NCBI GenBank assembly: GCA_016699265.1
Contig: CP064967.1
Span: 480,001 to 512,000, forward strand
Length of the DNA stretch: 32,000 nucleotides
Origin: Candidatus Saccharimonadota bacterium
GTDB taxonomy: Bacteria > Patescibacteriota > Microgenomatia > UBA1406 > GWC2-37-13
Reading direction: 5' to 3'
The first letter of the stretch is position 1, and each line of letters opens with the position of its first letter. This document shows, piece by piece, positions 6,383 to 15,708 of this stretch. The position numbers and the translations under genes are program-made. A model generated the notes under the pieces. The model was given only the letters and a program-made list of their open reading frames with translations, searched no databases and was not told where the DNA came from.

Positions 6383-7054
6383 TTAAACCGACTTTTTTTT
6401 CGGTAATGATTTATTTTGAGGAGGCACTAAACGATTTATTGCTATCGTTGTGTCTGAGTAAGGAATGAAGTCTGGATGGAAGAAAGCTTGTCCATTTGTA
6501 GCTGCTATCCCTACGAGTCTTAATTTAGTTGAGTCCTGACCTTTACCTTCAAGATTGGCTAAACCTTCAAATATTACTTGACCATCTGGTAAAATTTTAC
6601 TGTTTACAATCGCGTGAAGAAACCCCTTAAACTTCTCGGCATTTGCCGGTAGCTCAACCCGTCTTACGTTGCCTATTTCTGTAATTTTAGGTACTAAAAT
6701 CTCAGTTTGCAGACCTGATGCTGCTAGTTCGTAAAATATACCTTCTAAGCCATGTCTATGGTACTCCATCCCAATTCTAATTACTCTCATAAACTCTGGA
6801 CTAAGAGGCCTTCCATCTACGAAATCCTCTGCAGTTTTGAGAAATGGCACGCCTTTTTCCTGCCAATTAGAAAATTCGATCAAATCCAGATTAAATGGAG
6901 ATTTATAGAGTCCTTTCCTGCTTTCAAAGGGAGGTAGTCCATTGTTTCCCGGTCCAAACATGCTAAGAGGCTTTAATGGCTTGATTGCTCCTTTTCCAGC
7001 ACTGGCTGCGAGAGGATCAGAACCGAACATACCAATAATTTTTCTTTCAAACAT
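6383..7054 (-). CDS. Hypothetical protein
   Basis: It is a long ORF with no recognised motifs. The track start at 7072 is a TTG. The first ATG (MFERKIIG...) is at 7054, so the start is uncertain. Confidence 0.5.
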   Translation of the reverse strand: MFERKIIGMFGSDPLAASAGKGAIKPLKPLSMFGPGNNGLPPFESRKGLYKSPFNLDLIEFSNWQEKGVPFLKTAEDFVDGRPLSPEFMRVIRIGMEYHRHGLEGIFYELAASGLQTEILVPKITEIGNVRRVELPANAEKFKGFLHAIVNSKILPDGQVIFEGLANLEGKGQDSTKLRLVGIAATNGQAFFHPDFIPYSDTTIAINRLVPPQNKSLPKKKSV

Positions 7055-7330
7055 AAGCACCAATTTTATCAAAAAATGGTGCTTTTTGCAACTATAGGCT
7101 ATTTACCTTCACACTCAGAGAATGGCATTATCATGGTTATCCCAGAACATACGATTGATGGAGCTTTTCTTGCACAACTTAAGTTGAAGTACCTTTAATT
7201 AGGGGTAATTTCGAGATCACTTCTCCTCGAACTGTGAAAAACTGTGGACAGTGCTGGATTTGTCCCGATGATAGTTTTCATACGGGATCCCGCGCGAATG
7301 AAATTCGTCGGGAAACCAGTTCTGTTTTAG

Positions 7331-7404
7331 TGGCCATTAAGGGACTCGAACCCCTGACCTTTCGAATGTGAATCGAACGCTCTAGCCAGCTGAGCTAAAT
7401 GGCC
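7331..7404 (-). tRNA. tRNA-Val (anticodon CAC), CCA not encoded
   Basis: The reverse complement folds as GGCCATT TA GCTC AGCTGGCTA GAGC G TTCGA TTCACAT TCGAA AGGTC AGGGG TTCGAGT CCCTT AATGGCC A. The acceptor stem is a perfect 7 bp, and the anticodon loop reads U33-CAC-A37. Confidence 0.88.
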
Positions 7405-7442
7405 TAACTCTTCATGTACATTATACCCTCCATGGTTGAATT

Positions 7443-8060
7443 ATGAGCCAAAACTCCTTACAATGGTTAGATCCTATGATTAAGTCTGTAATTGAGTTTG
7501 TAATGGATATTTTGGAGACTGTCGTCTTCATCGCTTCCATATTTCTTGTTTTCTACCTTTTTATAGTTCAGCCTAATCAGGTCAAAGGAGCATCAATGGA
7601 AGATACGTTTCACTCAGGTGAATATATCTTTACCAGTAAAATTGCGTATAAGTTCTCACCTATCAGAAAAGGGGACGTCGTTATCTTTAAGTCACCCAAA
7701 AATAATGACATCGAGCTGATTAAGCGAGTAATCGCGCTACCCGGAGATTCGGTAGTAATCAAAAATGCAGAGGTCTATGTTAACAACGAAAAGATTAAGG
7801 AGTCTTATACTAAAACGCCTACAAATCTCATTCCTGGTGGAGTCTTAATCGAGGGATCGCCAACAGTAATACCAGAGGGAAGTATGTTCGTAATGGGAGA
7901 TAATCGAGGTGCGTCGTCCGACTCTCGTGAGTTTGGTCCTGTTCCTGAAGCTCTCTTAATTGGGCAGGTGGTATATAGATACTTTCCGTTCGATACTATG
8001 GGGGTTATAAAAAATCCGCTTTCTGCTCTTCGACTGCCAAATTTTCTAGCAGCTTTATAA
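7443..8060 (+). CDS. lepB: Signal peptidase I
   Basis: It has an N-terminal TM segment, then GASMEDTF (catalytic Ser box), LIKRVIALPGD (Lys box) and GDNRGASSDSREFGPV (box E). Confidence 0.9.
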   Translation: MSQNSLQWLDPMIKSVIEFVMDILETVVFIASIFLVFYLFIVQPNQVKGASMEDTFHSGEYIFTSKIAYKFSPIRKGDVVIFKSPKNNDIELIKRVIALPGDSVVIKNAEVYVNNEKIKESYTKTPTNLIPGGVLIEGSPTVIPEGSMFVMGDNRGASSDSREFGPVPEALLIGQVVYRYFPFDTMGVIKNPLSALRLPNFLAAL

Positions 8061-8574
8061 TTTCTCGAAGCCGTACACTTGTTGTAATCAAATCTCCTTT
8101 TAACTCAAGAACACATTTTGAGCGTATTCTTGACTGAATGATCTTTGCTGTAATTCCTAATTTTCTCATTAGAACTGTGAAAGCTCTCACCTCATCTACC
8201 GAAAGATATTCTCCAACGCTCTTGATACCGTATAGAACAGAGCGAACCAATATTTCTGTATCAAATACCGATAAATTATTTGCTAGAACGTGTTCGTATG
8301 CTGCAATCATCTGCTCGTGATTTTGTAGTCTTGCGAGTATGTAAAGATGTGTAGGCATAATTGAGTTACTATAGTAACCATCAATGACCAGCGCAGGTAG
8401 TTTGTTAAGTCTCAGAATATGACTCACATACGAGGGCTTCATATTAAGATGCTTGGCTATCTCTACAATACGAACACCTTTATCTTTTGTAAGAGATGTA
8501 AGAAGCTGCGCTTTCTTGAAGATGTCTTTTTCCTGTAGGAATTGAGTGAAGATTTCTTTTATTTCGTCTCGCAT
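8005..8574 (-). CDS. ParB/Spo0J-like HTH DNA-binding protein (short form)
   Basis: VRIVEIAKHLNMKPSYVSHILRLNKLP matches the ParB-family HTH pattern. At 189 aa it is shorter than canonical ParB. Its 3' end overlaps the lepB 3' end by 56 nt (convergent), and its 5' end overlaps the rpmA stop by 16 nt. Confidence 0.55.
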   Translation of the reverse strand: MRDEIKEIFTQFLQEKDIFKKAQLLTSLTKDKGVRIVEIAKHLNMKPSYVSHILRLNKLPALVIDGYYSNSIMPTHLYILARLQNHEQMIAAYEHVLANNLSVFDTEILVRSVLYGIKSVGEYLSVDEVRAFTVLMRKLGITAKIIQSRIRSKCVLELKGDLITTSVRLREIIKLLENLAVEEQKADFL

Positions 8575-8813
8575 ACTTGCACGTATTGTACTCCGTGCTT
8601 TGTCTTAAATTCAACCTTTCCAGATCTCATTGCGATAATAGTAAAATCGTTTGAAAGTTTCGTACCTTCTCCGGCTCTAAACTTAGAACCTTTCTGCCTG
8701 ACAATAATGTTCCCTGTAGCTACTGCCTGACCACCATAGATCTTTACTCCACGACGTTTGGAACGTGAGTCTCTATTTCCTGCTGTAGCTTTTTGCGACT
8801 TTGTATGGGCCAT
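8559..8813 (-). CDS. rpmA: 50S ribosomal protein L27
   Basis: MAHTKSQKATAGNRDSRSKRRGVKIYGGQAVATGNIIVRQKGSKFRAGEG is the classic L27 N-terminus. Confidence 0.95.
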   Translation of the reverse strand: MAHTKSQKATAGNRDSRSKRRGVKIYGGQAVATGNIIVRQKGSKFRAGEGTKLSNDFTIIAMRSGKVEFKTKHGVQYVQVCETK

Positions 8814-8828
8814 GAGATTTGTTTAAAG

Positions 8829-9143
8829 TTAGGATATTTTGCTAATTTTTAGTTTGGTAAGCACTGGTCGAAAACCTGTAACCTTTCGGTATCGAGACTT
8901 AGCTCTGAATTTAGCAACTCTGATCTTTTCACCTTTTCCTTGCTCAACAATAGTTGCAGCTGCTTCTTTTTTTAACTCAGGAGTGCCGAGTTCCACGGTA
9001 TCTTTTTCTGAATCAAAAATAGCAAGGGTTTTGAGCTTAATCTGGTCATTTAAATTACCTTCAAGATGCTCGACGGTAATCTCTTCATTTTCTCCAACAA
9101 GATACTGCTTGCCTCCAGTTGTGACGACTGCTTTAACTGACAT
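8829..9143 (-). CDS. rplU: 50S ribosomal protein L21
   Basis: MSVKAVVTTGGKQYLVGENEEITVEHL... matches L21, and the gene sits in rplU-rpmA synteny. Confidence 0.95.
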   Translation of the reverse strand: MSVKAVVTTGGKQYLVGENEEITVEHLEGNLNDQIKLKTLAIFDSEKDTVELGTPELKKEAAATIVEQGKGEKIRVAKFRAKSRYRKVTGFRPVLTKLKISKIS

Positions 9144-9222
9144 TCACCTATTATACTCCATTTGGCAGGCTCATGGCAAGCAAAACTTCGCAATTCTTCA
9201 ATCTGGACTCACGCCTAGACGA

Positions 9223-10266
9223 TTAGTTCAAAAATGCCAACGAAGCAAAGATCGCAATCAATGATGAGCCTCCGTAAGAAATAAACGGTAGTGTAATTCC
9301 GGTAATGGGAAATAAGCCCATATTCATTCCGATGTTTATCCCCGCCTGAAAAACAATCGATGAAAAAATGCTTAACTGAAATAAAAACTTAAATTTGCTA
9401 TCGTCATCCTTCTGGTTATATTTTTTTCTAAGCTCATTTATACAGGCTCTTGCAAGAATTAAAAACAATCCTATAACCATTAGTCCTCCTAATAAACCAA
9501 ACTGCTCTACTAGAGAAGCAAAAGCAAAGTCAGTGTGAAACTCAGGAAGAAAATTAAGCTTAGCTTGAGTTCCGTACCCAAGTCCTCTACCCAGCACCTT
9601 ACCAGAGCCAATTGCAATGATCGATTGTACGAGATTATATCCACTTCCGTGTATATCAGCTTGTGGATTCAAAAAACTTAGTAGACGAACCTTTTGGTAT
9701 TCCTTTAAGATCATCCAGTAAATCGGTGCAATTACCATTCCACTTAAGGCTAGCTTTCCAAGAATTTTACGTGGCACTCCAGAGTAGACTAAAACAGGTA
9801 AAAACATCGCGACATAGACCAATGAGGTTCCAAGATCAGGTTGCTTTAAAATGAGAACGGTGGGAAGAAGGAAATAGGCTATCCCTGTAAATACCGTCTT
9901 ATAATTATATAGCCAGTTTTTATTTACCACAAAGTACTGAGCAATAAATATTGCAAAAAATGGCTTGAAAATTTCTGAGGTCTGTATACTAAAAAAATGA
10001 AGGTCGATCCACCGCCGAGAACCTCGAGCTTCAAAACCAATAACATAGGTAAGCACAAGAAGTGATATTCCCACCCAGTAGAGTAAGGTTGCGTTATTCT
10101 TGAAAAAATTAATACCAAGTATCTTAAGACAGATAAAAAACAGAACCGCTAATATACCTGCTATTACCTGCGTAATAATCAGGTCGCTTCTCACGCCGAT
10201 AAGATTAAAGATTCCAATCAAGAATAAAAGTATCGCGGGAAATAAAATGCTCCAGTTGAGTCTCAT
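9223..10266 (-). CDS. rodA: SEDS-family peptidoglycan polymerase (RodA-like)
   Basis: It is a multi-TM protein with GSRRWIDL, KQPDLGTSLV, GSGKVLGRGLGYGTQAKLNFLPEFHTDFAFA and LPFISYGGSS. It lies outside the dcw cluster. Its start shares 1 nt with the ileS stop. Assigning RodA rather than FtsW rests on context. Confidence 0.75.
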   Translation of the reverse strand: MRLNWSILFPAILLFLIGIFNLIGVRSDLIITQVIAGILAVLFFICLKILGINFFKNNATLLYWVGISLLVLTYVIGFEARGSRRWIDLHFFSIQTSEIFKPFFAIFIAQYFVVNKNWLYNYKTVFTGIAYFLLPTVLILKQPDLGTSLVYVAMFLPVLVYSGVPRKILGKLALSGMVIAPIYWMILKEYQKVRLLSFLNPQADIHGSGYNLVQSIIAIGSGKVLGRGLGYGTQAKLNFLPEFHTDFAFASLVEQFGLLGGLMVIGLFLILARACINELRKKYNQKDDDSKFKFLFQLSIFSSIVFQAGINIGMNMGLFPITGITLPFISYGGSSLIAIFASLAFLN

Positions 10267-13070
10267 TAAACTGTTGTAACTCTGGTAACCTTAAATTCAC
10301 CTTCGGTAAGCGTATCAACAAGTGCTTTCTTCTTTATTTCATCCTCCCAGTTCTTTGGCCAACTTGGAAGCGTCACCTCAACGAGCTCAGATCTGTCGGT
10401 CCCTAGATTCTTTCGTTCCGCCTGAATCTTTCGAATAATAACCCTCATCTCCCCTTCTTGCCTTAGATCATCATTAAGTTCGAAATCAAATTCAACACGC
10501 TCTGCTTCGCCTTTAATAAACTCGACTTTCTTTACGTTCAACTCATCCATAATCAGATTGTCTAAATCGGACTTAATTTTAACTGTACTATCGGTAACAA
10601 AAACCTTAAGACCTGCTAATGGTTGTTTCACAGCAAAATTTTTCTCCTTTCTCTGAGCATGACCCAACTCGACGAAAATTCTCAAACTTTTCATCTGGGC
10701 CAAGAGGTCTTTGTCGATAAATTTATTGTCTACCTGAGGCCAGTTTTCGAGATGTACAGACTCTCCACCAGTGAGATTTCTATACATTTCTTCAGTGACA
10801 AATGGAGCTATCGGCGCCATTAGTTTTGTCAGAGTTAATAGCACATGGTAAAGCGTAGATAGAAACTCTACATCGGATGAACGATCTCGGCTTCTTCGAA
10901 TATACCATGTTGAAACATCCTGAATGAATGAGTAATAAAGTTGAATAGTCGTAACCGAATCATACGACTCCATCGACATTGTCACCTGTTCTACGCAGTC
11001 CTGCAAGAGCGCTAGTACCCATTTATCTAGAACATTTTTGGAAGTAACCACCTTAAAATCTTCTGAAGTTTTTTCTGCTTGTTTCGCGTTCATTATAAAA
11101 AACTTGTAGGTATTCCATAGAATCAGAAGTATTCCTCTGATCTGGTCTCTGTAAGCCCCTTCCGAGATTAGAAGGTCTTCGGCCTTCATAACAGAACTAC
11201 CTGCCAAATAAAGTCTGAGTGCGTCTCCCCCGTACTTCTCCAACATTTCTTTTGGATCAGGATAATTCTTAAAATTCTTACTCATCTTTCTTCCATCCGT
11301 TCCAAGTATCACTCCTGTAACTACAACATTTTTAAATGCTGGAGCATCGTAAATTACAGCGCCAATGACATGAAGGACATAAAACCATGCGCGAATCTGG
11401 CCGGTGTACTCTGTTATAAAATCTGGAGGGAAAAAATCTTCAAGTTTATGCGTCGAGTCAAAAGGAAAATGCCTCTCTGCAAAAGACGCTGATCCAGCCT
11501 CTATCCAGCTATCCAAAACCTCAGGAGTTCTTTTCGCCTTCTTTAGGCATTTTTTACAGTTCACAGTCACCCCATCTATGAATGGTTTGTGTAAATCCTT
11601 AACCTCTATGCCGCTCGCATCCTCAAGTTCTTTTATGGACCCTGGGACAAAGCGTTCACCACATTCGCATTCCCATACTGGTACCGGACTCCCCCAGTAG
11701 CGATTTCGGGAGATATTCCAGTCGGGAGCATTTTCCATGCTCTTGAGGAATCTTCCATGTTTAAAGTGTGAAGGAAACCAGTTAATCTTTTCGTTAGTAT
11801 CCCTCATTTTTTTCTTCATCGACTGCACATCCACATACCATGCATTCATTGGATTATAAAAAAGTTGAGTTGCACAGCGCCAGCAATGCGCCGCTGAGTG
11901 AGTATAAGGCTCATCTTTAAAGATGAGATTTCGTTTAGACAGATCCTCATTCACTGCTTTATTTGCCGCTTTATAAAACATCCCTCCGAATAATGGCACA
12001 TCCTTGTAGATGTGGCCTTCGTCGTCTACGTGTTGCACTAGTGGGATATTTTCCCGTTGCATCACCTTCAGATCCTCTTCTCCGTATACTGCTATTGTCA
12101 CAATTCCAGTTCCTTCATCTGCCGTGACAAACTCATCGCCAACGATCTCAAAATAACGCTTTCCGTCATCTTGTTTGTAATAATCGTAGTGCGGAATAAA
12201 TTTTTTACCAATGAGGTCCCTCCCGTAAACCGTATCCCGTATTTCGTATTTCTTATCGATTACTGTGTCGAGCGTAGACTTGGCGAGGATGTATCTTTCA
12301 TCCGCAACTTCTATGGTGACGTATTCTAAGGTTGGGTTAACTGCGAGTGCGGGAGTGACAATTTTATTCCATGGAGTTGTCGACCATGCGAGGAAAAAGG
12401 TATTCTTCTCTCCTTCAACACGATATTTGTAGGTTGTGCCATGTTCGGTAACATCTTTATAGTTGTCGGCGTCCATGGCAACCTCAAAGTTTGAGATTGG
12501 TGTTGAGCAGTGAGGGCAGTATAGAGAAACGCGTAGACCCTTATAGATTTTTCCCTTTTCATACATCTGCTTAAATACCCACATCACCGACTCCATGTAG
12601 TTAATATCCCATGTTCGATATGCATTTTTAAAGTCTACCCAACGACCAACACGATCTACATACCACTCCCATTCTGCTGATGTTTCTGCAACATATTTTT
12701 TACACTCTTCGATAAATGTATCTATTCCGACTTTCTCCTCAATTTCTCGTTTATTCTTTATTTTTAGTTTATTCTCTACCTTATTTTCGATTGGAAGTCC
12801 ATGTCCGTCCCATCCCCATACACGCCGTACGCGATAACCCTTCATCGTCCAGTAACGACAGTAAGGATCCTTCACGATACTAGAGAGCAAAGATCCATAA
12901 TGTGGGTTTCCGGTAACAAAAGGAGGTCCGTCTAGAAATGTCCAAGGTTTATTCGCAGGACGTGACTCAACAGATTTCTCAAATATTTTATTTTTTTTCC
13001 AATAGTTTAGGGTTTCTTCCTCAAGTTTTGGAAAGGTTGGAATAGAAGTGACGTCTTTGAAGCTACTCAT
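10266..13070 (-). CDS. ileS: Isoleucine--tRNA ligase, eukaryote-like (type 2) sequence features
   Basis: 934 aa. It has LDGPPFVTGNPHYGSLL (HIGH region), WGWDGHGLPIE, and GRKMSKNFKNYPDP (KMSKS followed by KNYPDP, as in type-2/eukaryote-like IleRS). Confidence 0.93.
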   Translation of the reverse strand: MSSFKDVTSIPTFPKLEEETLNYWKKNKIFEKSVESRPANKPWTFLDGPPFVTGNPHYGSLLSSIVKDPYCRYWTMKGYRVRRVWGWDGHGLPIENKVENKLKIKNKREIEEKVGIDTFIEECKKYVAETSAEWEWYVDRVGRWVDFKNAYRTWDINYMESVMWVFKQMYEKGKIYKGLRVSLYCPHCSTPISNFEVAMDADNYKDVTEHGTTYKYRVEGEKNTFFLAWSTTPWNKIVTPALAVNPTLEYVTIEVADERYILAKSTLDTVIDKKYEIRDTVYGRDLIGKKFIPHYDYYKQDDGKRYFEIVGDEFVTADEGTGIVTIAVYGEEDLKVMQRENIPLVQHVDDEGHIYKDVPLFGGMFYKAANKAVNEDLSKRNLIFKDEPYTHSAAHCWRCATQLFYNPMNAWYVDVQSMKKKMRDTNEKINWFPSHFKHGRFLKSMENAPDWNISRNRYWGSPVPVWECECGERFVPGSIKELEDASGIEVKDLHKPFIDGVTVNCKKCLKKAKRTPEVLDSWIEAGSASFAERHFPFDSTHKLEDFFPPDFITEYTGQIRAWFYVLHVIGAVIYDAPAFKNVVVTGVILGTDGRKMSKNFKNYPDPKEMLEKYGGDALRLYLAGSSVMKAEDLLISEGAYRDQIRGILLILWNTYKFFIMNAKQAEKTSEDFKVVTSKNVLDKWVLALLQDCVEQVTMSMESYDSVTTIQLYYSFIQDVSTWYIRRSRDRSSDVEFLSTLYHVLLTLTKLMAPIAPFVTEEMYRNLTGGESVHLENWPQVDNKFIDKDLLAQMKSLRIFVELGHAQRKEKNFAVKQPLAGLKVFVTDSTVKIKSDLDNLIMDELNVKKVEFIKGEAERVEFDFELNDDLRQEGEMRVIIRKIQAERKNLGTDRSELVEVTLPSWPKNWEDEIKKKALVDTLTEGEFKVTRVTTV

Positions 13071-13101
13071 ACAGAAGATTATATCAGGTTTGGAAGCTAT
13101 G

Positions 13102-13884
13102 CTATATTCTTTCGTTTAGAGCAGTTGACGCTGCTTGAAATGCATTTTTTTCAGCCAATACGGCAAATGGGTATCGTTCGAAGGATTCCACCAATATTTC
13201 GGCCATCGGACGATTCAGATCTCGATCGGGTACCATTTTTGTTCTCCATAAAACAAAGGCGTTATGGTCATTCATGAGCTCACTAATTGCTTTAAGTTGA
13301 ATGGCGGAATCTTCACTCATCGCACCTATCCTATCCTTCTGCATCGACGCAAGTGCAGCTATCCAGTTTCCAAAGCTAAAATCAGAATAATATGCCTCAG
13401 GTCCCATAAGATTTTTAATGAGAACCTCACGATCGTACATTCGTGGGTCAAGAAGAGTTGCCGTGGCATGATTGGCCTCAAGCCAAGTTTTCTGAATTTC
13501 CACTGCTTCGTTATAAACCTCACGAAGAGGTCGATTAAATCCACGACCTGGATACTGCACAGCAACTGATACGGTACGTACTAACTCTGAATCGATAGTC
13601 CCAATCTTCGCGGCAGACATACGGTATGGATCAATGACTAGCACCCCTTCAGGTTGATGAGAGATCGGATCTTCTTTTACCTGAAAATCTATGACCCATG
13701 GTTGCACTAGCTCCCTCACTGGATCGATAACTTCAATTGTATAAAGTTCTTTTTCAAGCATCTGAGTAACCCAACGTGCATTGTCACTTATGGGTGGGTA
13801 CTTAACATCTGCAATTTTCGCCAAGCGCTCCATTGCTTTGCTAACTAACCCAAGATTATTCGGAGTTCTTTCTGGATGTGCCAT
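13102..13884 (-). CDS. Hypothetical protein (260 aa)
   Basis: It is a long ORF on the same strand as, and tightly packed between, ftsZ-side genes and ileS. No motif was recognised. Confidence 0.55.
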   Translation of the reverse strand: MAHPERTPNNLGLVSKAMERLAKIADVKYPPISDNARWVTQMLEKELYTIEVIDPVRELVQPWVIDFQVKEDPISHQPEGVLVIDPYRMSAAKIGTIDSELVRTVSVAVQYPGRGFNRPLREVYNEAVEIQKTWLEANHATATLLDPRMYDREVLIKNLMGPEAYYSDFSFGNWIAALASMQKDRIGAMSEDSAIQLKAISELMNDHNAFVLWRTKMVPDRDLNRPMAEILVESFERYPFAVLAEKNAFQAASTALNERI

Positions 13885-13924
13885 AATTTGTGAACCTATA
13901 GTATATCACACAGCAGTCGCGATT

Positions 13925-14515
13925 TTATTTAAATCTAATATTTCCTACTCCAATATGGGTAAAGATTGTATGTTCCCCATTTGGTAAATGAGACTCATAT
14001 GGATTTGAAATAGTCAGACCCTCAATAATGAATAGATCTCCCGCTTCAGTCTTCGGGCCCATGACGATGGTATGGTAGGTCGCTGGCATTAGCATTTTAT
14101 CTGTACTTAAGTGACTCCCCTCCCCATGACCGAAATCAAGGCTGAGAGGTAAAACTTCGCCCTCATCTTCGATCCAAACTTGCCACAAATTTTCACCCTC
14201 AACCTTATCAATCCTGAGCGCAGGTTTGAAGTCTTTTAGTCGTTGCGCCTTGTGGTGTCTATAGAATAGATTACATTGATTTGCAGTGTCATCAGCATTA
14301 AAGGGAAATACAAGAACGGGAGATTCTGCTATGTAATCGTCAAAAAAGTACTCACCAACCCCGAAGGGATACAGACTATTGTGAGGATGTGTGAATAGTA
14401 GTCTTACCGGTTCTTGGAGCAACCCAGTCCCGATTTGTTCATTCCACTGTTCTCCATTTTTAATCAATAAAGGAAACTTTGGCCTTCCAGGTTCATACTC
14501 TTTAGTAGGCGTCAT
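13925..14515 (-). CDS. Hypothetical protein (196 aa)
   Basis: The ORF lies 35 nt downstream of ftsZ on the same strand. No motif was recognised. Confidence 0.55.
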   Translation of the reverse strand: MTPTKEYEPGRPKFPLLIKNGEQWNEQIGTGLLQEPVRLLFTHPHNSLYPFGVGEYFFDDYIAESPVLVFPFNADDTANQCNLFYRHHKAQRLKDFKPALRIDKVEGENLWQVWIEDEGEVLPLSLDFGHGEGSHLSTDKMLMPATYHTIVMGPKTEAGDLFIIEGLTISNPYESHLPNGEHTIFTHIGVGNIRFK

Positions 14516-14550
14516 AGAAAAGGAATTATATCAGACGTAGAAGAAGCGGG

Positions 14551-15705
14551 TTATTTCTTTCTCAGAAATGCAGGGATATCGAAGCCTTCGTTTTCATCGG
14601 TGAACTCATCTTCCGGCATATCATCGAGTTGATGATCGAGCTCCTTCTTAAGCGGTGAGTCATTTGTGTTTACTAACAAAGGATCTTCCTCTCTCTTCAC
14701 CGACGTTGTCTCCTCCTTCAGCGTTGGCTTAAAGTTGAAGATGTTTAATTTACCCTCATCAAACTTGGTTGCTATAAGGGTGATCTTTATCTGGTCCATC
14801 ATTTTCTCATCGATCACGGCTCCAAAGATAATGTCTGCATTCGGATCAACTGTCTTCGCAATGATTGAAGCTGCTTCATCGACCTCGGTCATGGTCAAAT
14901 CTGGGCCTCCTACAATGTTAAATAGAATTCCCTTTGCGCCTTCGATTGACACATCAAGAAGAGGAGATGAGATCGCTTGCTTTATAGCTGCCATTGCTCG
15001 TTTCTCACCGCTACCAATACCCATTCCCATCAAGGCTGTACCAGCGTTACTCATCACAGTTCTCACGTCTGCAAAGTCTACGTTAATAAGACCAGCAACG
15101 GTAATTAACTCTGCAATACCCTTCACTCCTTGGTGAAGAACTGAGTCGATTCTTTTAAATGCATCTACGATAGAGGTTTTTTTATCTACTACCTGAAGAA
15201 TTCTTTGATTAGGAACAATGATGAGAGTATCAACCTTATCGCGAAGAGCAAGAATCCCATCGTCTGCTGCATGCCGGCGTTTAGCTCCCTCAAAATCGAA
15301 AGGCTTAGTAACTACTGCGATAGTAAGTGCTCCAGTTTCTTTTGCAACCTCAGCAATTATCGGAGCGGCTCCCGTTCCGGTCCCTCCACCTTCTCCACAG
15401 GTAATAAAGACCATGTCTGCGCCAGTAAGTTCTTCACGAAGTTTTTCTCTGGATTCCTCTGCAGCCAATCTACCGGTCTCCGGATTTCCACCAGAACCAA
15501 GTCCTCTTGTTACTGCGTCACCAATCTGTATCTTAATTGGCGCTTTATTATGAAGAAGTGCCTGCGCATCCGTGTTCACCACCATGAACTCAACTCCTGG
15601 AATTCCTCCATCGTCCATCATTGAGGTAATTGCGTTACCGCCACCACCACCTACACCGATTACCTTAATTTTTGCTGGTTGTCCTGATTTGGGTTTGATT
15701 AACAT
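14551..15705 (-). CDS. ftsZ: Cell division GTPase FtsZ
   Basis: It has GVGGGGGNA and the GGGTGTGAAP tubulin signature. The C-terminal DIPAFLRKK is the conserved FtsA/partner-binding peptide. Confidence 0.97.
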   Translation of the reverse strand: MLIKPKSGQPAKIKVIGVGGGGGNAITSMMDDGGIPGVEFMVVNTDAQALLHNKAPIKIQIGDAVTRGLGSGGNPETGRLAAEESREKLREELTGADMVFITCGEGGGTGTGAAPIIAEVAKETGALTIAVVTKPFDFEGAKRRHAADDGILALRDKVDTLIIVPNQRILQVVDKKTSIVDAFKRIDSVLHQGVKGIAELITVAGLINVDFADVRTVMSNAGTALMGMGIGSGEKRAMAAIKQAISSPLLDVSIEGAKGILFNIVGGPDLTMTEVDEAASIIAKTVDPNADIIFGAVIDEKMMDQIKITLIATKFDEGKLNIFNFKPTLKEETTSVKREEDPLLVNTNDSPLKKELDHQLDDMPEDEFTDENEGFDIPAFLRKK

Positions 15706-15708
15706 TGT

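Noticed and set aside
7056-7087. A terminator-like hairpin AGCACCA-14 nt-TGGTGCT followed by TTTT on the plus strand.
   Set aside because: No plus-strand gene ends nearby for it to terminate. It overlaps the start region of the minus-strand ORF 6383..7054, and on the minus strand it is not followed by a U-tract.
8005-8060. The 56-nt convergent overlap of the lepB and ParB-like 3' ends as a sign of misannotation or antisense regulation.
   Set aside because: Both ORFs carry their family motifs well outside the overlap, and neither has an earlier in-frame stop. The overlap most likely reflects non-conserved C-terminal tails, and there is no way to test regulation from the sequence alone.
9150-9155. 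A perfect TATAAT (minus strand) upstream of rplU as its promoter -10 element.
   Set aside because: It lies only about 7 nt from the ATG and overlaps the SD region (TATAATAGGTGAATG). No suitably spaced -35 element was found.
8839-9264. A 141-aa plus-strand ORF.
   Set aside because: It is antisense to rplU and to the rplU-rodA spacer. L21 on the minus strand is unambiguous.
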